From: Pirellula staleyi DSM 6068 | Lineage (GTDB): Bacteria; Planctomycetota; Planctomycetia; Pirellulales; Pirellulaceae | Direction of reading: 5' to 3' | Assembly (NCBI GenBank): GCA_000025185.1 | Contig: CP001848.1 | Location: 480,001-512,000, forward strand | Length of the DNA: 32,000 nucleotides | Part shown: positions 28,218 to 32,000 of the stretch, piece after piece | How positions within the stretch are numbered: the stretch's first letter is position 1 | Layout of the letters: each line of letters starts with the position of its first letter | Translations under genes and position numbers: made by a program | The notes under the pieces: model-generated | Told to the model about the DNA's origin: nothing | Seen by the model: only the letters and a program-made list of their open reading frames with translations | Databases searched by the model: none

Positions 28218-28337
28218 TGAGTGATGCTGCGTGCCGCAAGGACGAGTGGCATGCATGGGATCGTTAGTCCTCGCGAAAATTGGCGACCTAGCCGGCACAG
28301 CAAAAGTGAGACGCGCTCTCCTCGCAAAATGTAGCGC

Positions 28338-28387
28338 AAGAAAAACGCACGGATGAACCATGATGTTCAGCCGTGCGTTGGTGTTTT
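28338..28387. terminator. Bidirectional rho-independent terminator between convergent genes
   Basis: The stem aacgcacgg/ccgtgcgtt (28343-28351 / 28370-28378) is extended by an inner tgaac/gttca pairing. It is flanked by agaaaaa upstream and ggtgttttc downstream. Confidence 0.65.
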
Positions 28388-28482
28388 CGAGCTGTAGCTT
28401 AAGGGGTGGCGAGCACAAGCGGCGATGTGCGCCGTTGGATCACGAGGAAACGACCTGAAGCAGTCGAACGAATTGGCTGGGG

Positions 28483-28893
28483 TTATTCCCAGTCCTCTTC
28501 TTCTTCCTCTTCTTCATCCTCGTCGTCGTCTTCGTCATCCCAGTCGTCGTCTTCTTCTTCCTCTTCCTCTTCTTCTTCCCACTCCTCTTCCTCTTCTTCG
28601 TCGTCCTCTTCGTCGTCCTCTTCATCCTCGTCTTCGAAGTCTTCGTCGTCTACTTCTTCCCATTCGTCGTCGAAGTCTTCGTCGGCGTCGTCATCGTCGT
28701 CCTCATCATCTTCGAGGTCGTCGTCGAGTTCTTCATCTTCTTCATCGTCGAGGTCGTCATCGTCCTCGTCGTCGAGTTCTTCCTCCTCGAAATCATCGTC
28801 TTCCAAACGTGGCTCGACCACGAGACCATACGCGTGGCGTGCTTTACCCAGTTCTTCCTCGAGGAATGCTAGTGCCGAGGTTCGGACGCTCAC
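28483..28893 (-). CDS. Small polyacidic protein: a 30-aa N-terminal segment followed by a tail of about 106 aa made almost entirely of Asp/Glu and punctuated by Trp/Phe/Leu
   Basis: The GTG at 28893 is preceded by AAGGAG (28901-28906 on the plus strand as ctcctt) with a 7-nt spacing. It lies 25 nt downstream of the scpB paralog stop on the same strand. The translation is MSVRTSALAFLEEELGKARHAYGLVVEPRL followed by EDDDFEEEELDDEDDDDL...EEEEEEEDWE. The start and the coding strand are inferred (see rejected poly-Ser ORF). Confidence 0.55.
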   Translation of the reverse strand: MSVRTSALAFLEEELGKARHAYGLVVEPRLEDDDFEEEELDDEDDDDLDDEEDEELDDDLEDDEDDDDDADEDFDDEWEEVDDEDFEDEDEEDDEEDDEEEEEEWEEEEEEEEEDDDWDDEDDDEDEEEEEEEDWE

Positions 28894-28918
28894 GATCAAA
28901 CTCCTTGCTGTGGGTGCG

Positions 28919-29773
28919 TTATGTTTCGTCGTTTGTGTATTCGAGTTCGGTGCTATCGCCAAGGGGGGCTGGCGATTGTTCCTCATGATTCTCGTCGTCC
29001 AGGTCGTCCGATTCGTCGCTGGACTCGTCCTCAAGAGCTGCCTCCGCAGCAGTCTCGAGTGGCGGTGGAGCGGCGGATGCGACCGGCAAGGATCGCATGA
29101 GGTCGGCCCGTGGCAGATCGTCGATAGTCAGGAGCCCGAAAACTTGGAGGAATCGTTTAGTGGTGCAGTATAAAAAAGGTCGCCCGAGGTCTTCGCTCCG
29201 ACCGCCAATTTTCACCAGATCGCGTTCCATCAGCTGACGCAGGATTTCTCCACAGCTGACGCCACGAATGGCCTCAATATCGGCGCGAGGGACAGGTTGA
29301 CGATAGGCAATTACCGCCAGGGTTTCTAGGGCGGGTGGCGAAAGTCGTACTTCGCTCGGCACATGCCCTAATCGGCGTAGCCAGCTGGCAAACTTTCGCC
29401 TTGTTAGGAGTTGAAATCCACCAGCCACTTCTTCGACCCGAAACGCGGTTCCCGACTCGTCGTAACGACGATTGAGGGCTCGGACCAGGGTCCGGGCACG
29501 CGTTCCATCGGCAAGGCTGGCAAACTGGGCAAGCTTGCGGCTCGAAAGGGGTTCGCGGGCCAGCAGCAGCACCGCTTCCACTCGGGTGATCGCCGTTTCG
29601 GCAGATTCGGCTGGGAGCTCATCGATCGACTCCTCAGCGGGTGCCAAAAGTGCCGGGCTAATGCGCGTAACACTCTCCTGCTGCCAGACTTGCGGCAGCT
29701 GATAGCGCACGGAGGCACTCGCCAGAAGTCTGGCGGGAACCGTTCGGCGCTCGGCTGTGGGAGAGTTACGCAT
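28919..29773 (-). CDS. scpB: Segregation and condensation protein B paralog with N-terminal extension and acidic C-terminal tail
   Basis: RVEAVLLLAREPLSSRKLAQ...RALNRRYDESGTAFRVEEVAGGFQLLTR...LSPPALETLAVIAYRQPVPRADIEAIRGVSCGEILRQLMERDLVKIGGRSEDLGRPFLYCTTKRFLQVFGL is the canonical two-winged-helix ScpB layout. The tail is ...LEDESSDESDDLDDENHEE. Confidence 0.85.
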   Translation of the reverse strand: MRNSPTAERRTVPARLLASASVRYQLPQVWQQESVTRISPALLAPAEESIDELPAESAETAITRVEAVLLLAREPLSSRKLAQFASLADGTRARTLVRALNRRYDESGTAFRVEEVAGGFQLLTRRKFASWLRRLGHVPSEVRLSPPALETLAVIAYRQPVPRADIEAIRGVSCGEILRQLMERDLVKIGGRSEDLGRPFLYCTTKRFLQVFGLLTIDDLPRADLMRSLPVASAAPPPLETAAEAALEDESSDESDDLDDENHEEQSPAPLGDSTELEYTNDET

Positions 29774-30135
29774 CAGAGCTCAATCGGATCGCTTGCAGGG
29801 AAACCAAGGGTCGCCACGTTGCCTTTATCGGCGGGCGAGTCGGAACTTGCCAGTGGGGCACCAAAATCGGTCGTCTGCTGGCATGCTATCGCCGGCAAAG
29901 TTCACCGCTGGCAAATCACGGCAGGATCGGTTTTGGACAGAATCATAGCAAGCGGTCAAGCGCCAACTGCTGACCAGATTTCCACTTGCGCGTTTTGGCT
30001 CAGGGGAAGTGAAAAACCGACCTTCGCACAACCGCCGACTCTCCCTATACTCCGCCGCCTCAAGTCTCGTGACGCCGGCGACCAAAACTGCCGCCACGAC
30101 ACCCATTAAATCAATGCCCAGCAAGGAGTTACGCC

Positions 30136-30975
30136 ATGCGATCTATCGCCATCCTGAACCAAAAGGGAGGGGTCGGAAAGACCACCACGAGCGTGAATCT
30201 GGCGGCTGCTTTGGCTGAATCGGGCCAGCGGGTGTGCGTGATGGACCTCGATCCGCAGGCGCATGCCTCACTCCATTTGGGCGTGACACTTCGCGAAGGG
30301 GAACGAAGTGTCTACGACGTCCTTACCGGCGACCTGCTGCTGGCCGACGTTCGCAAACAACTTGCGCCGAATTTGTGGCTCGTTCCGGCCCACATCGACC
30401 TGGCTGCAGCCGAGGTTGAGCTTGCTGGCGAAGTGGGTCGCGAAGTGATTTTGCGCGACAAATTGGCACAAGACGACCAGCAGTTCGACTACATGATCAT
30501 CGACTGCCCACCCTCGCTGGGCGTGCTGACGATCAACGCCCTAACGATGGTCAAAGAAGTTTTTCTCCCCATGCAGCCCCACTTCCTGGCCCTGCATGGT
30601 CTTTCGAAGCTCCTCCGAACGATCGAAGTGGTGAGCAAGCGGCTGAACCGTGGTCTCAAACTGTCGGGTGTGCTGCTCTGCATGTACGACAGCGGAACGC
30701 GCCTCGCCGCCGAAGTGAGCAGCGACGTCACCGAGTATTTCACACGCGAACGCACTCCCGAATGTGTTTGGTCGGAAGCTCGAACATTCCAGACCCGCAT
30801 TCGTCGCAACATTCGACTGGCAGAAGCTCCCAGCTTTGGCCAATCGATTTTCGAGTACGCACCTCAGTCGCATGGAGCCGACGACTATCGCGAACTGGCT
30901 GCTGAAGTGATGGCGAGCACCGCTGCGGGCAAAACCGTTAGCTCCCCCGCTGCTCCGATCCGCGCTGCTGCCTAA
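30136..30975 (+). CDS. parA: ParA/Soj-family chromosome partitioning ATPase with no adjacent parB
   Basis: The deviant Walker A is IAILNQKGGVGKTTTSVNLA. Other motifs are MDLDPQAHAS and YMIIDCPPSLG. An AAGGAG Shine-Dalgarno lies 8 nt upstream of the ATG. The next gene is a convergent carbonic anhydrase, not parB. Confidence 0.9.
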   Translation: MRSIAILNQKGGVGKTTTSVNLAAALAESGQRVCVMDLDPQAHASLHLGVTLREGERSVYDVLTGDLLLADVRKQLAPNLWLVPAHIDLAAAEVELAGEVGREVILRDKLAQDDQQFDYMIIDCPPSLGVLTINALTMVKEVFLPMQPHFLALHGLSKLLRTIEVVSKRLNRGLKLSGVLLCMYDSGTRLAAEVSSDVTEYFTRERTPECVWSEARTFQTRIRRNIRLAEAPSFGQSIFEYAPQSHGADDYRELAAEVMASTAAGKTVSSPAAPIRAAA

Positions 30976-31010
30976 ATCGCTCCCCTTATTTCTTCGCGAC
31001 CGGTGCCGAA

Positions 31011-31778
31011 CTAGCTGTCGAGAAATTCGACCGAGCCGGTCGCCAAATCGTAAATCGCCCCGACGACAAGCACATCGCCCCGGTCCAATGAGGCTTTTGC
31101 AGCCGGGTAGCTCGTGATCTGCTCGACACTCGATCGAACGTTCAGCTTCACCGCCTCCGCAATCAACTGTTCGAGTGGCATGTCGAGATCGAGCTTTGCC
31201 AGCCCTGGCTCAATCCGCTCGATCAACTTGGTGATGAACGGCGGCTCTTTCGCTTGGCCACGTTTGTACTCGACGGCGGCAGTCACCGCGCCACAGCCCC
31301 CATGTCCCATCACTACGATGAGTGGCGTTTTGAGATGGACTCGCGCGTACTGAATACTCCCCAGCACATCGTCGGCGATAATGTTCCCGGCCACACGAAT
31401 CGTAAAGACTTCGCCGAACCCTTGATCGAACACGAGTTCAGGAGGCACGCGCGAATCGCTGCAACCAATCACCACGGTGTGAGGATGCTGCGAACCCACC
31501 AGATGCTTACGCCACGACGCACTTTCGTGGGCATGGCGTGTCTTTCCCTCTACGAATCGCGCATTCCCGGCGATCAGCTGCTCGAGCGCTTCACGGCCAC
31601 TGGTGATCGGCTCGCTTGCCGGTTGTTCAGCGTTCGCCGATTCACGCGCGTTCGGCTCACTCGTCTGGTCGGCGATTTTTTCTGGCGCACATCCGGCCAG
31701 ACCGGCCAACGACAACATGCCTGCATTGTGCAGCCACTGGCGGCGCGACGCTTCCACTCGAACTTTGTCTGGCTTCAT
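31011..31778 (-). CDS. Beta-class carbonic anhydrase with a Tat-type signal and lipobox
   Basis: The zinc-ligand motifs are CSDSRVPPE and HGGCGAV. The N-terminus SRRQWLHNAGMLSLAGLAGC combines a twin-arginine motif with a lipobox. Confidence 0.9.
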   Translation of the reverse strand: MKPDKVRVEASRRQWLHNAGMLSLAGLAGCAPEKIADQTSEPNARESANAEQPASEPITSGREALEQLIAGNARFVEGKTRHAHESASWRKHLVGSQHPHTVVIGCSDSRVPPELVFDQGFGEVFTIRVAGNIIADDVLGSIQYARVHLKTPLIVVMGHGGCGAVTAAVEYKRGQAKEPPFITKLIERIEPGLAKLDLDMPLEQLIAEAVKLNVRSSVEQITSYPAAKASLDRGDVLVVGAIYDLATGSVEFLDS

Positions 31779-31861
31779 CTGCTACCTGATTCCCCGGCGC
31801 ACAACTGCTGCGCTCACTGGCCCACCATAAAGTTTTCTTAATAGCCGTGACGACGGCTCGA

Positions 31862-32000
31862 CTACTGCGGACCTACGGGGCGTGTGCGACCGTCGGCGAT
31901 GATGGTGGCGAGCAACTTTTGGAGCTTCTCGAGCTCCGCAGGAAACTCGGCTGCGACATTTTTTGTCTCCCCCGGATCGCTGGAAAGCCGAAACAGCTGA
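31862..32000 (-). CDS. Sulfatase-family protein, C-terminal 45 codons only; the gene continues beyond the window
   Basis: My own translation of the minus strand is QLFRLSSDPGETKNVAAEFPAELEKLQKLLATIIADGRTRPVGPQ*. The L..L..DPGE..N.A...P motif is the typical sulfatase C-terminal end. The ORF is too short to appear in the ORF track. Confidence 0.6.
   Translation of the reverse strand, partial: QLFRLSSDPGETKNVAAEFPAELEKLQKLLATIIADGRTRPVGPQ

Noticed and set aside
28406-29173. A 255-aa plus-strand ORF encoding a very long poly-Ser tract, with hydrophobic TM-like segments at its C-terminus
   Set aside because: It is the antisense reading of the Asp/Glu-coding tract. Its 3' part overlaps the well-supported scpB paralog (28919-29773) for about 255 nt in another frame. 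I saw no RBS. The minus-strand frame has a GTG with a well-spaced AAGGAG and operon logic with scpB. I cannot fully exclude it without expression data.
29774-30135. The scpB-parA divergent intergenic region, searched for parS (TGTTNCACGTGAAACA) sites
   Set aside because: Only a partial half-site-like string, GTGAAAAAC (about 30008), and short 6-bp inverted repeats with long loops were found. There is no credible parS palindrome.

Overview
This is a high-GC bacterial chromosomal window, about 57-63% GC in housekeeping genes by rough spot counts. By inference it comes from a Planctomycetota/Pirellulales-like genome: it has a DUF1080 protein, a sulfatase fragment, HEAT-repeat and giant lipoproteins, long intergenic spacers and many non-ATG starts. 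Most of the window is core metabolism and translation: rpsA, pheT, pheS, rplT, rpmI, argH, hemA, a sigma-54 enhancer-binding protein, a parA-like ATPase, two scpB paralogs and a beta-carbonic anhydrase. I found no rRNA, tRNA, CRISPR array, transposase or integrase. The unusual content is scattered rather than forming one obvious island:
1. An exported CX5R phosphatase-like protein is fused to a cytochrome c-prime-like CXXCH module, and a zinc-ribbon/ACP-like protein follows it.
2. There is an orphan SLATT-like 2-TM protein.
3. A perfect 29-bp inverted repeat with nested hairpins sits in the pheS-pheT spacer.
4. A lower-GC 1170-aa lipoprotein gene is bracketed by two intergenic regions of more than 550 bp that carry palindromes, a polypurine tract and a G-quadruplex motif.
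5. The sigma-54 activator has no sensor domain.
6. Two secreted tandem paralogs of unknown family are translationally coupled.
7. A 136-aa protein whose last ~106 residues are almost entirely Asp/Glu is co-operonic with an scpB paralog and divergent from an orphan parA.
All functional calls come from reading motifs in the translations by eye. No database search was run.
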